Shown one piece after another: positions 24,957-39,589 of a stretch of DNA of 64,000 nucleotides (within the stretch, counting starts at the first letter, position 1; every line of letters begins with the position of its first letter). The stretch covers positions 4,650,001-4,714,000 of the forward strand of contig OZ024758.1 of the NCBI GenBank assembly GCA_964016885.1. Direction: 5' to 3'. The position numbers were made by a program, and so were the translations under genes. The notes beneath the pieces are model-generated. The model saw only the letters and a list, made by a program, of their open reading frames with translations, was not told the DNA's origin and did no database searches. The DNA comes from Eledone cirrhosa (lineage: Eukaryota).

Positions 24957-25145
24957 TACGTCTTGATGTCACTGGTGCCAAGCTGTATCGGCCTTTCCCT
25001 TGGACCTCATCAGCGGCGTGGAGCGAGGAGGCTGGTATGTATGGGCGATTGCTGGTCTTCCACAATCAACCTTACCCGGACTTTGCCTCGGAGGGAAACT
25101 TTCTACGTGTAAATCCCATGGTCATTCATGACAAAAGGGGGCTTT
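24955..25145 (+). mobile_element. 3' part of the second SINE family
   Basis: gtcactggtgccaagctg...gaggctggtatg...ccatggtcattc.tga aligns with 24673-24848. Confidence 0.8.
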
Positions 25146-25257
25146 TGCCTTTACCTAGTCAGATACACACAGACACATACCTGCCTATTGAATGCAGTTA
25201 CGGCCCCAATTATTTCGAAAACGATGAATAACCAGAGAGAACGCTAGATTCGTATAA

Positions 25258-25390
25258 ATAATTGTTTCTACTTTAGACACAAGGCCAACAATTTTAGGGG
25301 AGGGGAAAGTCCATTAAACGACCCCAGTACATTACTGGTACTTTATTTTGTCGACCCCGAAAGGATGTGAGGCAAAGCAAACCTTCGCCT
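25258..25390 (-). mobile_element. Main SINE, 3' half, long variant
   Basis: Reverse-complement match. Confidence 0.8.
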
Positions 25391-25436
25391 TATATATATA
25401 TATATATATATATGCGTGTGTGTGTGTGTGTGTGTT

Positions 25437-25480
<44 letters not shown>

Positions 25481-25521
25481 TATATATATATATATATAAA
25501 TATATGCGTGTGTGTGTGTGT

Positions 25522-25740
25522 AAGGTGGCCATGTAGGAGACACGGTGAAAAGGCTCCTAGTCCACACTGTAAATGTGGTTGGTGTTAGGAAGGGCATCCA
25601 GCTGTAAAAAACCCTGCCAGAGACGCTTCCGTGTGAGCGAGGCATGGTCGCCTGACCATTCCCGCATCAAATGGAACAAAACTGTCTAACCCATGCTAGC
25701 GTGAAAGATGGACGTTAAACGATGATGATGATGATGATGA
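25522..25740 (+). mobile_element. RTE-tailed SINE 3' region with a (GAT)n tail
   Basis: ggtgttaggaagggcatccagctgtaaaa ... aacccatgctagcgtg ... ggacgttaaacgatgatgatg; resembles cephalopod RTE-related SINE tails as I recall them (not database-checked). Confidence 0.65.
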
Positions 25741-26527
25741 TATATATACATATATATATATAGTGACGAAACATAAGTCGATTGCATGAACTCATAATCC
25801 TTTATTTACTGCTATATATATTTCGATGATAGCCATTGAATGGCTATGACCTCATAAGGCAGTTAGTTCTTTGATACCATCAACACTATAAACACAGAGC
25901 TGGCATATCTGAGCCTTGGGGGGGGGGGGGATATATATATATATAATTTATGTAAATGTATGTGTGGGCGTATGTAATTATGTATGTATAATGAGTAATT
26001 AAAGACGTATAAACGTGCGCAGTGTAGATAGATAAACAGAGATCTGTTTTCCTATCATAATTTTCACTTAGCAATTAATTTCAGGCAGTTCTACCTCTTC
26101 TGTTTAATCTCAGACGCAGATTCTTCAATTCTTCATTATCTCTTCCATTTCAAATTAGGCACATCCATTCCTGCAACAGAATTTATCAGTATTCTCTTGA
26201 AGAATTCCTTGTTATTATCGCTATTATCTACATTATTATTATTGTTATCAGCGAAATCGCTACAAAATGAAAGTCGAATGTGACTTCTATTGTAAACTCT
26301 TGTATAAATATCATTAAAATCGTTTCCTTTTGCGATCTTCTTAGTATCTACGTTCTCATCAAATTAACATTTAGAAACCTATTTTCATTAGTTATAATCT
26401 ACGTGCAGGAATCTGCAATCACATAATACACGTATCTATATACATGTATGTATGTATAGGTATATATATATATATATGTATGTATGTATTTTCTATGTAT
26501 ACGTGAAGGTATGTATGTATGTATATA

Positions 26528-26575
<48 letters not shown>

Positions 26576-27383
26576 TACATGTATATATGTATGTATGTAT
26601 GTATATATGTATAGTGTAAATATACGTGAATGAATGTATGTATGTATTTAAGTATGTTTGTAAGTATGCATGTATATATGCATGTACATATGTAGGTAGG
26701 TGTACGTCTATGCATGTACATATGTAGGTAGGTGTACGTCTATGCATGTATATATGTATGTATGTATACATGCATGTATATATGAATGTACGTATGTATA
26801 TGTGTATGCATGTGTGTATGCATGTATATATGTATGTAGGTATACATGCATGTACATATGAATGCATGTATGGTATGTATGTATTTATGTATGCATAAAT
26901 GTGTGCATGCATTTTGTGTGCATGCATTTTGTGTGCATGGATATATGTCTGTATATGTTTGTATACCTGCATGTATGCACGTATGAATGTGTATGTATAT
27001 ATCTGTATCGGTGAATACATGTCATTGTGCTTATCTGTGTGCGCTTGAGTGAGTCAATGTGCATGTGTACGTGAGTGTGAATACGTGCATCAGTGTGTAC
27101 GTGAGTGTGAATACGTGCATCAGTGTGTACGTGAGTGTGAATGTGTACATGTGTACATGTGTGTGTAAATTTTTCTTGTATTTTTCTTAAAACCTCATCA
27201 GTTGAGAAACAACTTGTTACTAAAAATCGAAACTTTTACGTTGTAGTCACGTAAAAATAAATGTGTATATATATTTACATATATTTACATATATATATAT
27301 TTACATATATATATATGAAAAGGAAGTAAGGTTCTATACAATACAAGGGTTACAGAGAAAAAGTGCTATTCCCAATTCCACTT

Positions 27384-27454
<71 letters not shown>

Positions 27455-27482
27455 AGCGGTAACTCATTACACAAGCACACAT

Positions 27483-27565
27483 GAACTTAGATTGTAAAGG
27501 GCCGTAACTCTATGCTGCAAGGCATGGTATCCGACTATCTACCGACACTGCCAATACACCGCCCT
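27483..27565 (-). mobile_element. Main SINE head fragment
   Basis: gaacttagat...ctaccgacactgccaat...accgccc. Confidence 0.8.
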
Positions 27566-27613
27566 ACTACTACTAATAAGATGTTTATGTACACACACAC
27601 ACATAGAATAACA

Positions 27614-27654
<41 letters not shown>

Positions 27655-28113
27655 TAACAGACATACATATACACAGTGAACTATGAACATGCGTATAAAC
27701 AATTGCAGATCGATAAAAATATTGATCGATACATACATAAATACTTTGATTGACAGAAGCATAGTGATATCACATAGCCATACAAACACATTCACATACA
27801 CACACACACGCTCACACACACACACACACGCTCACACACACACACACACGGTCACATACACACACATGGTCACATACACATACACACACATACACACATA
27901 TATATACAGTCATATACACATACGAACACACTCACATACACACATACAAACACACTCACATACACACACAAAAACACACAAACACATACAAACACATACA
28001 AACACATACTCACACACATCCAAAGAATCTTCCACACCAAAAGTGATGACTCATCAATGTAACCATTACTTTCCCTTTAGTATTTCTAAAGGGACACACA
28101 CACACACAAACGC

Positions 28114-28199
<86 letters not shown>

Positions 28200-29124
28200 C
28201 CAATAAACCCCAAGGGGTTAGACGATATTTACAACATTTTTATTGGCACTACGCGAGTTTCTACGAATGAAATATGGTTGCAAGTTAGAATTAAGTACGA
28301 TTGCAATATATGTAAGTAAATCCATATGTAAGTTATCTGGCATATCTTAGCTAAATTTGATCTTTTAACTTATTACTCTTGTTTATACTTCTAAATTAAT
28401 CTACTTGTTGGGGTGACATGATAAACCCTTTCTATCTCAGACGATCTAACATTATCTGTCTTAGTTCTTCATCGGACAATTCTGTATCTTCCCTAATGAC
28501 TCATATGAGTGTGGGTGGGTGTGTGTGTGTGTGTGGGTGTGTGTGTGGATGTGAAGCATAAAAGTGGATCCAATGAGATGAATATCGAAATATCTCGACA
28601 ATAATATTGTTACGTCTAATGGACAGTTAGAAAGACCATATACTTCCAAAAAGCATTCAAAGAAACAAAAAGGCAAGACTAAAAAAAATCTGTCTTAAGC
28701 CATAAGGTTGTTCTTTTGCAGGTATGTCAACATTTATAAAACAAATTTTGTATTTTATCTGATGAAAGCGCACCAAAATTTGCCTTGGTTGCGCTTGAAA
28801 TATATATAATAAAATAATTATGGTTTTATAAATATAGTTTCCATTTATTAATATAATGAATATTTACTCCACTAAATTGTTGTAAAACTAATTGTTATAA
28901 AACTTTTAAGTTTGTTGAATTCCAACAAATTAAATATAACCTTTGTATATATATATATATATAAACGAATTATCACGGTAAAATCCACTAGAACATCATG
29001 TTCACCTGTTTTTCAGACAAACAGACCCTTAAATATATTTTCAGTGCTATTTACAATCTTACCTTTTCTCTATAACCACTTTTGTATAGACCCTTACTTC
29101 TATTTTCATATATATATATATATA

Positions 29125-29289
29125 TTGCATGGCGATGTGAAATTATTATTATACCCTCTCAGGGTCCGTATTTAAAGACTTTGCTTTTAATATCTGCCTC
29201 CGATGAGCCTCCCTGGGCGAAACACGTGTAAGAGCTATATAAAGATATGTTTTAACGGCTTGTAACACTTTCATTCACTCATTCTTTTG

Positions 29290-29291
<2 letters not shown>
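29125..29291 (+). mobile_element. Family D Penelope-like pLTR fragment between (TA)n tracts
   Basis: Contains a minimal hammerhead at 29196-29235; 3' end runs into (TA)n. Confidence 0.6.
29196..29235 (+). ncRNA. Minimal type I hammerhead (U4C variant) with palindromic stem III
   Basis: gcct-CCGATGA-gcct ccct gggc-GAAA-C acgt G-TA-agagc; ACACGTGT palindrome in stem III as in dimer-type minimal hammerheads. Confidence 0.65.
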
Positions 29292-29830
<539 letters not shown>

Positions 29831-30293
29831 ATATATATATATATATATATATATACGTAATACTACATAGGTACATACAAACAAGGGGAGAGATATAGAG
29901 GAAGAATCGAACCCAGTCCTGAACCAATAGTTTATTTATCGACCTCGAAAAGATGAAAGGCAATGTGGTCATCAGTGGGGGTTTAATATAAATGTTTCTA
30001 CATGTTTTAACATTGCTATAAATCCATATATGGAGTCAGTAATTCCTGCCAAATTGTTTCCAACGTTAACATAAAAGATCCACTATAGAAGAAAGTTCCA
30101 TCCTTCCAAGGGACAGGTCGCCTGTTGATTGGAAGGAAGAAGTCGAAGTGACTCACATAGGATCACATTTCAATAACTTTATTCGATTTTACGATAAAAA
30201 CATTTATTACTTTCATTCGTTTAATTGTATTTCATTCTGGTGTGCTATTACCCTTCTCTCGTGTGTGTGTGTGCGTGTAGGTTTCTGTGTGTA

Positions 30294-30412
<119 letters not shown>

Positions 30413-30812
30413 GCGTGTGCATCTCTTGCATGTCACTCTTGTGTTCTATTACAATCCATGTGTTCATTGTGTATGCGCATGTGCTTGTGTTTTTATACTT
30501 GTGCATTTGTGTGTGTGTGTGTGTGTGCGCGCAAGTACCCGTGTCTGTCTGAATATGCATGTGTGTACATGTGTTGGTGTACATGTATGTGTGTCTTCAT
30601 GTATGTGTGTCTGTCTGTCCGTCCTTGCGTGTATCTATAAAATAAATATATGTCTATTCCATATATCCTATTCCATCGAGAGGGACAGACAGACAGACAT
30701 ATACACACATACACATATATATATATACACACACACACTTATATCCTATTCCATCGAGAGGGCAACACAGACAGACATACATACACACATACAAATATAT
30801 ATATGTGGGTGT

Positions 30813-30885
<73 letters not shown>

Positions 30886-31346
30886 CATCTTGGCTGCCTT
30901 TATTATTTTTATTATTTCATTCATAAATGAAAACCCTTTCAATAATCTCTCCATCTTACTTTCTCTCTATGGTGTCTTACTTCCTCTCTACAACACTCCT
31001 TCATATTTAATGCTTCTCTCTCTCCCTCTCTCTTTCACTCTCACTCCCTCTTTCTCACTATCACTCTCTCTTTCCTCTCACCCCCAATCTCCCTCACACG
31101 CTCTCTCTCTCCCCCCTCTCAGCCCCACCCTCTCTATCATACACTCTTCCTCTCCATTCAATCAGTCTATCTTCTCCAGTCATATTTTCCTTATTTAGTC
31201 CCGACTGACTGACAGCTTTATAAGAAATGACCAAAGGTCAGAGCAGATTGAACAACCATTAATGGCTCAATGAACAGAATCTCTTCTCTGGAACCGAGCA
31301 GTCTCAGAGAATATAGCCTCACTAGCTGCTCTGTAGTTAGTGGGAT

Positions 31347-31448
31347 ATAGAGAGAGAGAGAGAGAGATAGAGAGATAGAGAGATAGAGAGATAGAGAGAT
31401 AGAGAGATAGAGAGATAGAGAGATAGAGAGATAGAGATAGAGAGAGAG
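31347..31448. repeat. (GA)n/(GAGATA)n microsatellite
   Basis: Direct reading. Confidence 0.95.
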
Positions 31449-31461
31449 GGGTTAGATATAT

Positions 31462-31800
31462 ATATTAATTCAAAATATTAACAAAAATAGACATTCGTGT
31501 GATCAAGTATATTTTATTATACATATTTCAGAGGTACTGAGCTATCTTCAACAGTACGTCCTCATCAGATAAAATAAGATGATGCATGACATACCCTGAC
31601 ATAGTAGATGGTTAAGATTCAGTCATGTAGATGGTTAAGATTCAGTATGTATAATAAAATATAATTGATCACACGAATGTCTATTTTTGTTAATATTTTG
31701 AATTAATATTAATAACTCCGGAAAACCATTACTGTTGAGTGCTTCCAATATATTGTAAAACTCATTCTTTGATTTATTCATTGAACCTTGTTTAACCGTT
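31462..31800. mobile_element. Family I fold-back element, TA-flanked, with a CTGATGA box in the spacer
   Basis: ~64-bp inverted arms 31462-31525 / 31646-31709; long arm continues to (TA)n at 31800; minus strand reads ctgatgaggacgtactgttgaag from 31568. Confidence 0.6.
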
Positions 31801-31838
31801 ATATATATATATATAAGGGAGAGAGGCAGAGAGATATA

Positions 31839-31902
<64 letters not shown>

Positions 31903-32815
31903 AAAGGATGAGAAATATACACAAGAGACAGACAGAGAGAGAAACAGAGGGGGAGAGAGAGAGAGGGGGCTGGAGTATATGTGCGCGCGCGCGCGTGTGC
32001 GTGCGTGTGTGTGCGTGTGTGCGTGTGCGTGTATCTCTGTGTGTGTATGTATGTATATGTTTGTGCGTATGTATGTATATGTTTGTGTGTATGTATATGT
32101 TTGTGTTTAGTGATTTCCAGACTTTAATATACTAAACAGAGACATAAGCTGTAAAGGAGTGAAAGCAAAGAATTATCGAATATCGATCACTGATCCTCCA
32201 GTCTCTCTCTCTCCCCCTCTCTCTCTCATACAATCGCATATATATACACGAAAAACCACGTGTAGCCACACATGCTACACATGTATGGACACATCCTCCA
32301 TTCCACACCACTACACTACACCTCACCATACTCTATTATATTTACAACGAAGATGCCAACAGATTATAATATTGACCTCCTTTTGGTACATCCATTCACC
32401 TCAATGACCACCAGAAATATTTCATTTACTTTTTCCAATGCAAGAGACCAAATTAACTATGTATATTGATATACTAACTACAACATTATAGTACAGATGA
32501 ATGCCCAGCAATTTCTATCTGAACAACCAAAGAGCAAGGAAGTCCATCATAAATTTATATCTTACTTATATTTTCCGTTTTTCTTTTTCTCTTTTCTCTC
32601 TAGTGTATATCCCTGTATTTTAATTAGTTATGGATCATTCTAGTTTTACAAATGAAGTCGCAATTTCCCACAATTCCCTTTGCATTACTGTTAATTGCAT
32701 CTTTTTATTCGTCCATTTTTGCTGTGCTTTCTTCTGTTTTGCGTTTTATGCGAAAACATATATATGAAAGATTCAACAAATTTATGAGATACATACCAAC
32801 ATTATATAAATTTTA

Positions 32816-32873
<58 letters not shown>

Positions 32874-32961
32874 CGTGTGCGTGTGCGTGTGTCTGTCTGT
32901 CTGTCTGTGTGTGTGCAAAAATGTGTAAATATGTATATACATGCATGCATGTGTATGTATA

Positions 32962-33312
32962 TGCGCGGGGACATAGAAATAGTCAGGCTGGACACCTGAT
33001 CGCGCAGTTAAACCACTGGGAGTGAAGGACCCTAGCCTTAATCAGGGCATTCTTCTAGGACAAGGCAACCCAGGAAACTGAGATAACCCCATCATAAAAA
33101 CTGCAGCTCAGTAGTTACCGATGATGTTGATCTGTTCTTTTCGGCTTATAGCTACTGTCGCTCAGAGAGTGGGATTGGTTCGGTGCACAGTTTTTCCTCA
33201 CTTTAAAAATAATCTTCACGCACAGGCATTGCCCAATAGCATTAATTGATAATTATTAATAATGTTATATCGTGCATTGGACATGCTCGATAACGAGGGG
33301 GGCAGCCATCAA
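32962..33312 (+). mobile_element. Probable short RTE-derived non-autonomous element ending in the RTE 3' hairpin and an (ATGT)n tail
   Basis: 3' end gctcg-ataa-cgag...gcagccatc plus gtatgtatgt parallels 2189-2213; upstream part is non-coding and its 5' boundary is uncertain. Confidence 0.45.
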
Positions 33313-33386
33313 GTATGTATGTATATATGTATGAATATATTTTTATATTTATATATATATTTATATATATATATATACATATATAT

Positions 33387-33445
<59 letters not shown>

Positions 33446-33447
<2 letters not shown>

Positions 33448-33545
33448 GGGTGTCCCAAGAGATGTATACACACTTCAACAGCATTCTAATAAAGATTGCC
33501 TGTACAGGTAATCAAAGTGTGTATACATCTTTCGGGGACACCCTA
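33446..33545. mobile_element. Tc1/mariner-type MITE (100 bp)
   Basis: ~30-bp TIRs tagggtgtcccaagagatgtatacacactt / aagtgtgtatacatctttcggggacacccta in a TA context. Confidence 0.85.
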
Positions 33546-33741
33546 TAAATATACAAAAGGCTGAAAGTAAAACATTTCAAAACAAATATAAAGCACCTAG
33601 TATATAGTGGTTTATATAATTTCTTTCACACCTATTAGTGTAAGAGGGGGAATTATGGGGCTCTTATGGGATGACCCTTCTTCAATTTAAAGTATATGAC
33701 TGGTATTTGAAGACAATAAAATGTCATCCCGTATAAGTATT

Positions 33742-33820
33742 TACGAAAGGCAACTGAAAGGTTCATAGGCTGACCAAGATACTCTCATGGAATGACCAAA
33801 TGAGATTTATTTTTTAACAG
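33742..33820 (+). mobile_element. Mariner-like terminal fragment
   Basis: tacga...ctgaaaggttcataggctgaccaagatactctcatggaatg resembles the mariner TIR start tacgaggg..ctgaaaagtt. Confidence 0.5.
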
Positions 33821-33839
33821 ACACTGGAAAGAAACAATG

Positions 33840-33922
33840 CTGTTTTTAATTAAACATACGGTATATTGCCAGATATATATATACATACATTCATGTATAC
33901 ATCGCTATTTCAGGGTACCAAT
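33840..33922 (+). repeat. Dispersed repeat (inverted copy at 53137-53218)
   Basis: tgtttttaattaaacatacggtatattgcca...catacattcatgtatacatcgctatttcag.g.accaat nearly identical in both. Confidence 0.8.
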
Positions 33923-35049
33923 ACTAAAACCTAATTTAATATATTATTTTTGTAACTTCCAACAGTATCTTATCTACAAAAAATTTAGGATTCTAGTCAG
34001 ACCGAATGGAAAACTAGTGTTGTGGTGAATAAAGTACTAAAGATTTTATTTTCTTTGTTCACCTAGTTCACTATAGTTTCATTAGTTCACTGTATCAGTT
34101 TCATTGAGAGTTATAGTATTTTATTCTAAAGAAGCAGAATTCTCTATAATTGGTGAAATATTCCTTATCTTGTATGGCTGAATTTAAAGCTCCCCAGGAG
34201 TATAACTTCTAGTAGAGTGGGATAAGCTACATTTGCCAGATCTTTGTTAACGGCATGACGTTTTCAGATCGTATCTTTTACAAGCTTATGCGTTACGAAA
34301 ATCAATCAAACTTAGTTTGAAAAAATTAATTAATGTTTTCCTTTTGTATTTGCAGCGTAATAGTTATCTGAAATTGCACATTGGTTGATATCGAGATATG
34401 AAAAATGAAGTACTTGTAAAAACGTTTGATAATGACGATAAAGTTTAATTGTACAAAACATAGAGGCACCATCAAATACATCGATTGTATCTCATGATTA
34501 AAGCACATGATACAATGGGCTGGCTTTTGCGTTGGTGGGTTTTTTCTATCATATTAATATTTGAACTCAATGGTGTAACATTTGATATTTTTTATATTAA
34601 TACAAAACAAGTGAATGAAAACAAAATTATATATATAATTGTCTCTCTAACCATGAAAATGAAAAGAAAGAAGCCAATAATATTTATTAGTGACTAATAT
34701 TAGTTTGTGTTATAATATATTTTATTCTATTTGTTTTCCGCTTCAGCTAGGCTGTTGCTTAACTACTTTTATTCACGAGGATGTTGTTTGAGGATATTTT
34801 AATTTTTGCATAATTTCTTTTTTGGGATACAATCAATTTTGTATATTTGTATATTTGTATATTTGTATGTTTGTATATTTGTATGTTTGTATGTATGTAT
34901 GTATGTATGTGTGCGTGCGTGCGTGCGTGTGTGTGCGTGCGTGTGCACATGTGTGTGTATAGTAAAAAAGTTGTTTCGGTAAGAAAACAGGAGTAAACAG
35001 GAGAAAGTTCTCTACATTCGTAGTGTGTAGTCAAAGCACATTGTGATAG

Positions 35050-35856
35050 CACTGTAGTCAAAGCTCATTGTAATAGAACTGTAGTAATAGTATAGCATTA
35101 GTAGTACTGTAGTTATAGTACTGTAGTAATAGTACTATTTGTAATAGTACAGTAATAATAGCATTCTAGTAATAGTATTGTAGTAATAGTACTGTATTAA
35201 TAGTACTGTATTAATAGTATTGTATTAATAGTCTGGATTAATAGTTTAGATTAATAGCATATTGTACTGTAGTAATAGTACTGTAATAATAGTACTGTAA
35301 TAATAGTACTGTAATAATAGTACTGTAATAATAGTACTGTAATAATAGTACTGTAATAATAGTACTGTAATAATAGTACTGTAGTAATAGTACTGCAGTT
35401 ATAGTACTGCAGTTATAGTACTGCAGTTATAGTACTGCAGTTATAGTACTGCAGTTATAGTACTGCAGTTATAGTACTGTAGTTATAGTACTGTAGTTAT
35501 AGTACTGTAGTTATAGTACTGTAGTTATAGTACTGTAGTTATAGTACTGTAGTTATAGTACTGTAGTTATAGTACTGTAGTTATAGTACTGTAGTTATAG
35601 TACTGTAGTTATAGTACTGTAGTTATAGTACTGTAGTTATAGTACTGCAGTTATAGTACTGCAGTTATAGTACTGCAGTTATAGTACTGCAGTTATAGTA
35701 CTGCAGTTATAGTACTGTAGTTATAGTACTGTAGTTATAGTACTGTAGTTATAGTACTGTAGTTATAGTACTGTAGTTATAGTACTGTAGTTATAGTACT
35801 GTAGTTATAGTACTGTAGTTATAGTACTGTAGTTATAGTACTGTAGTTATGGTCCT

Positions 35857-35904
<48 letters not shown>

Positions 35905-35960
35905 ATAGTATAGTGTACTAAAAATACTGTAGTAACACTACTATAGTAATAGTACTTTGA
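35050..35960. repeat. 14-bp minisatellite (atagtactgtagtt) with variant blocks and a (TAG)n end
   Basis: Direct reading; blocks of gtaat, gcagtt and gtagtt variants. Confidence 0.95.
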
Positions 35961-36765
35961 TAAGATACCTGTAGTAATAGCAATGTTCTAACAGTACATT
36001 GTCATAGTAGTGCAGTAAAAACAACAAATATTTCTCTCCACTCACTAACATCTAATCAAATCCAGTAGCCAAGATATTTAGCTGAAATATTTTTCAGAAT
36101 TTAGAGATTAAACCTTACAAGTGTTTTCCAAACAAATCTTACGAAACGATAATTAAAGCGAAAGATTTTCGAAGAATAAGAAAATTTAATGGAGAATCTG
36201 GACATCACAGAAATTTATTGGCAGATTTTCAATTATAAAATGCAATTGTTCTAACATATTTCCCACCTTATCTCGATTTGTTCGAATATACAATAATTCT
36301 TAAGACAGAATTCAATAGTAACCATAATGAAATACCTTCTTTAACTTTATTCCTAATGTACGTGCTTCTTCGTTCATTTAGATGTCTTCCAAGAACTGTT
36401 ATGAGGTTTCATGTGTTTATTTTCATCACATATACATCATTGATTTTACCTCACTACAAGATTCATAGTACAGATAAGACAGTTATGTCTTTCAACGTGT
36501 TTCTGCAGATAATATAACTATATGTTAGAGAATTATAGTTGTCTGGGTCGATATAGTATCGATATATTATACTGAAGAATGTAAACTCCATGTCAAGTCA
36601 CGAGTTTTGCAGTGTGACTGGGGAAAACCAAACTTAAATGGTACTCGCTTAGCACACACCATCCTTACAGTGGTTATGGTTTTCGTTTAGCCCCAAGTCG
36701 GAACTCATCGGCTTCCGAGTCGAAGCTAAACAACAACATCAATAACAACAATATTAATACCAAAA

Positions 36766-36950
36766 GGGTTGGCAGTATCGGTAGAGAGTCGGACGCCATG
36801 CTTTGTAGCATAGAGTTACCTCCCTTTATGATCCTAGTTCAAATCCCGCCGAGGTTAACTTTGCCTTTCATCCTTACAGGGTCGATAAAATAAAGTACCA
36901 GTAATGCACTGGGATAATTGCTGGCCTTGTGCCAAAAGTAGAAACAATTA
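36766..36950 (+). mobile_element. Main SINE (short variant)
   Basis: Near-consensus copy. Confidence 0.9.
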
Positions 36951-37931
36951 TTATGGTGTATTGCTTCTGAAAGGGCAAGGGGGGCAGGAGTGCCGCGCAC
37001 TTCAGACAAGACGCCAAAAGCATTGCCCCAGACGATGGCCAGTGACACCTGCAGCAACAGCCACCCAACCTTGCGAAGCCCCCCCCCTCCTCAGACGGGC
37101 GCCGACGCTCTGAACTTGCGGATGTTCTTAATTTCTCTTTCTCTCTTTCATACATAATTTAACACCCCCTTTCCAGCATGACAGATGTTTTACACTGTGG
37201 ATACACTAGATTTAATACAATAGACGATTATATTACAAATCTTCACTAAACAGTCGGCTAAAATTTTCAGCACTGCTTCGTACGAAGAATTTCTCAACTA
37301 TCAGTATTTCATAGATTCTTATGTTTATTCAAGCCATTTAATTACTGCATTTATCGTCATTAGAGTAAATTTCTCTTAATTCCTTCTGTCCATTACTTTA
37401 ATGAAGTTCTTTTCAGATTTATTACTTTAGCTTAACAGATAAAACGAGTGCATTTCTTGCAGAGAAATGCAGAAGGACTCTGATGGCTGATTCCAACTGG
37501 ACAGTAGCATGCCATCATGTTTATCATTCTAATGAAAATTTCTAGTGATGTATTTCAAGATAAATTGTTACAGGCATTAAGAAGAACGAAATCGTTCAGA
37601 AGAATGTAGAAACCTTTTCTAACCGGTCACTCAACCTGCTAGAAATAGCAGCAAAATATCCATATGATAATATACCACCGTCTTCATAAGACTCAGTATT
37701 GTGTTTGTGAAGGAATATTTAATTCTTACTATGGCAGTCAAAGTAGTAGTAGTAGTAGTAGTAGTAGCAGTTACTCCGAAGTCTCCCTTGCGTACTCACC
37801 AGACAAGACTGATAATCTTGTGAGTGTGCATGTGGAACTTTACAGTAACAAAGCTCAACAATAGCCATAATAAATGAATATATATATATAAATGTATATG
37901 TATGTATATATATATATTTAATACACAACTG

Positions 37932-37972
37932 GCCTCTACGGTCCTAGAACTGTTTCATTCAGGAGAAATCAT

Positions 37973-37973
<1 letters not shown>
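37932..37973 (-). mobile_element. Family C fragment
   Basis: Reverse complement reads tgatgatttctcctgaatgaaacagttctaggaccgtagaggc. Confidence 0.65.
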
Positions 37974-38006
<33 letters not shown>

Positions 38007-38292
38007 CAGGAGATGAATAAATTGGGTATAATACCAGTTTCTTACTAAATGCGAAAAAGCTCGGCATATTAACCCCTTAAGAAAGAGCACAGACCACTTT
38101 TTAATCATATCTTCTCCCAAAACTACCAAGACACACATCTATTTGGATATGCGTTATAATTTATGTACATGCTATGTTTATCGCATATCAAAGTTTTCTG
38201 ACCATTTTAAAGTGCTAAGAGCAAAACTCATCACTAAAAATAAATTGTCCAAATATGGCGCCCCCACCACCATTCAGAAATGTTTCCACCAC

Positions 38293-38337
<45 letters not shown>

Positions 38338-38344
38338 TATATAT

Positions 38345-38394
<50 letters not shown>

Positions 38395-38395
<1 letters not shown>

Positions 38396-38525
38396 AAGAA
38401 AGAAAGTGTGGTAAGGAACCAGGTGGACCATAACGCACCAGAGTACTCGATACTTAGGGTAGTAGAGCGGGTAATAGGAAAAGTGTCAGGACCCCGACGG
38501 CTGAGCTCCGGCCGTTTCGACAGCT
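38395..38525 (-). mobile_element. Family B single long arm after (TA)n
   Basis: gtggtaaggaaccaggtggaccataacgcacc...ggaccccgacggctgagctccggccgtttcgacagc. Confidence 0.8.
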
Positions 38526-38619
38526 TGTTATTTAATAAATATATATATATACACATACATACATGCATACATACGTACAAACATAATGCATGCATATGTA
38601 CATACATGCATACGTACGT

Positions 38620-38774
<155 letters not shown>

Positions 38775-39102
38775 TATATATCTCTATGTTACTAGAACCC
38801 AATAAAATCCCACTACTCTTCTTCTCTCCTCCAATGTCTCCACTTCATAATGCACCTTTAATGGAGACATCGAAATCATTTCATTAATTCTCTATAAAGT
38901 TGTATCCCACAGACTCACAGATTTCACATCGTCTGCTCACATATTACTGCGTTCATTCATGCATGTACATAATAATGTATGGTTGTAAATATATGTAGAA
39001 ATGTTTGAATCTATGTGAGTATGTGTATATATATATATATATATGTGTGTGGTGTGTGGTGTGTGGTGTGTGGTGTGTGTGTGTGTGGGTATGTGTGTGT
39101 GT

Positions 39103-39232
39103 AATAGGAAAAAGTTTAACACCGACAGCAGAGCTCCAGCCGTTTCGACGGCTATTTCTGAACTAAATTAGAATTTTTAGCGTGGTAAATAAATAGCCGC
39201 ACCATCTGGTACCATACCACACATCCTTCGTT
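39103..39232. mobile_element. Family B diverged fold-back
   Basis: Minus short arm 39103-39163; plus-strand 3' end ctggtaccataccacacatccttcgtt then (TA)n. Confidence 0.6.
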
Positions 39233-39556
39233 ATATATATGTGTATATATATATATATATATGTGTGTGTGTATACACACACAGACACACTCATACATAT
39301 ATGCACGCATGCAGGCACACACATATATATATATATACATGCATGCACATACGCACACACTTTCATAAAATACACATGTACATAAATAGATGCATACACA
39401 TAAATATATACATACCCACATACACCCATACATATATGCACACATACATGCATACACACACACATATACATACATACATACATACATGCATGCCAACACA
39501 TACATATACGCACGCAAGCATACACACACAGATACACACACGCATACAGAGAGTGA

Positions 39557-39589
<33 letters not shown>

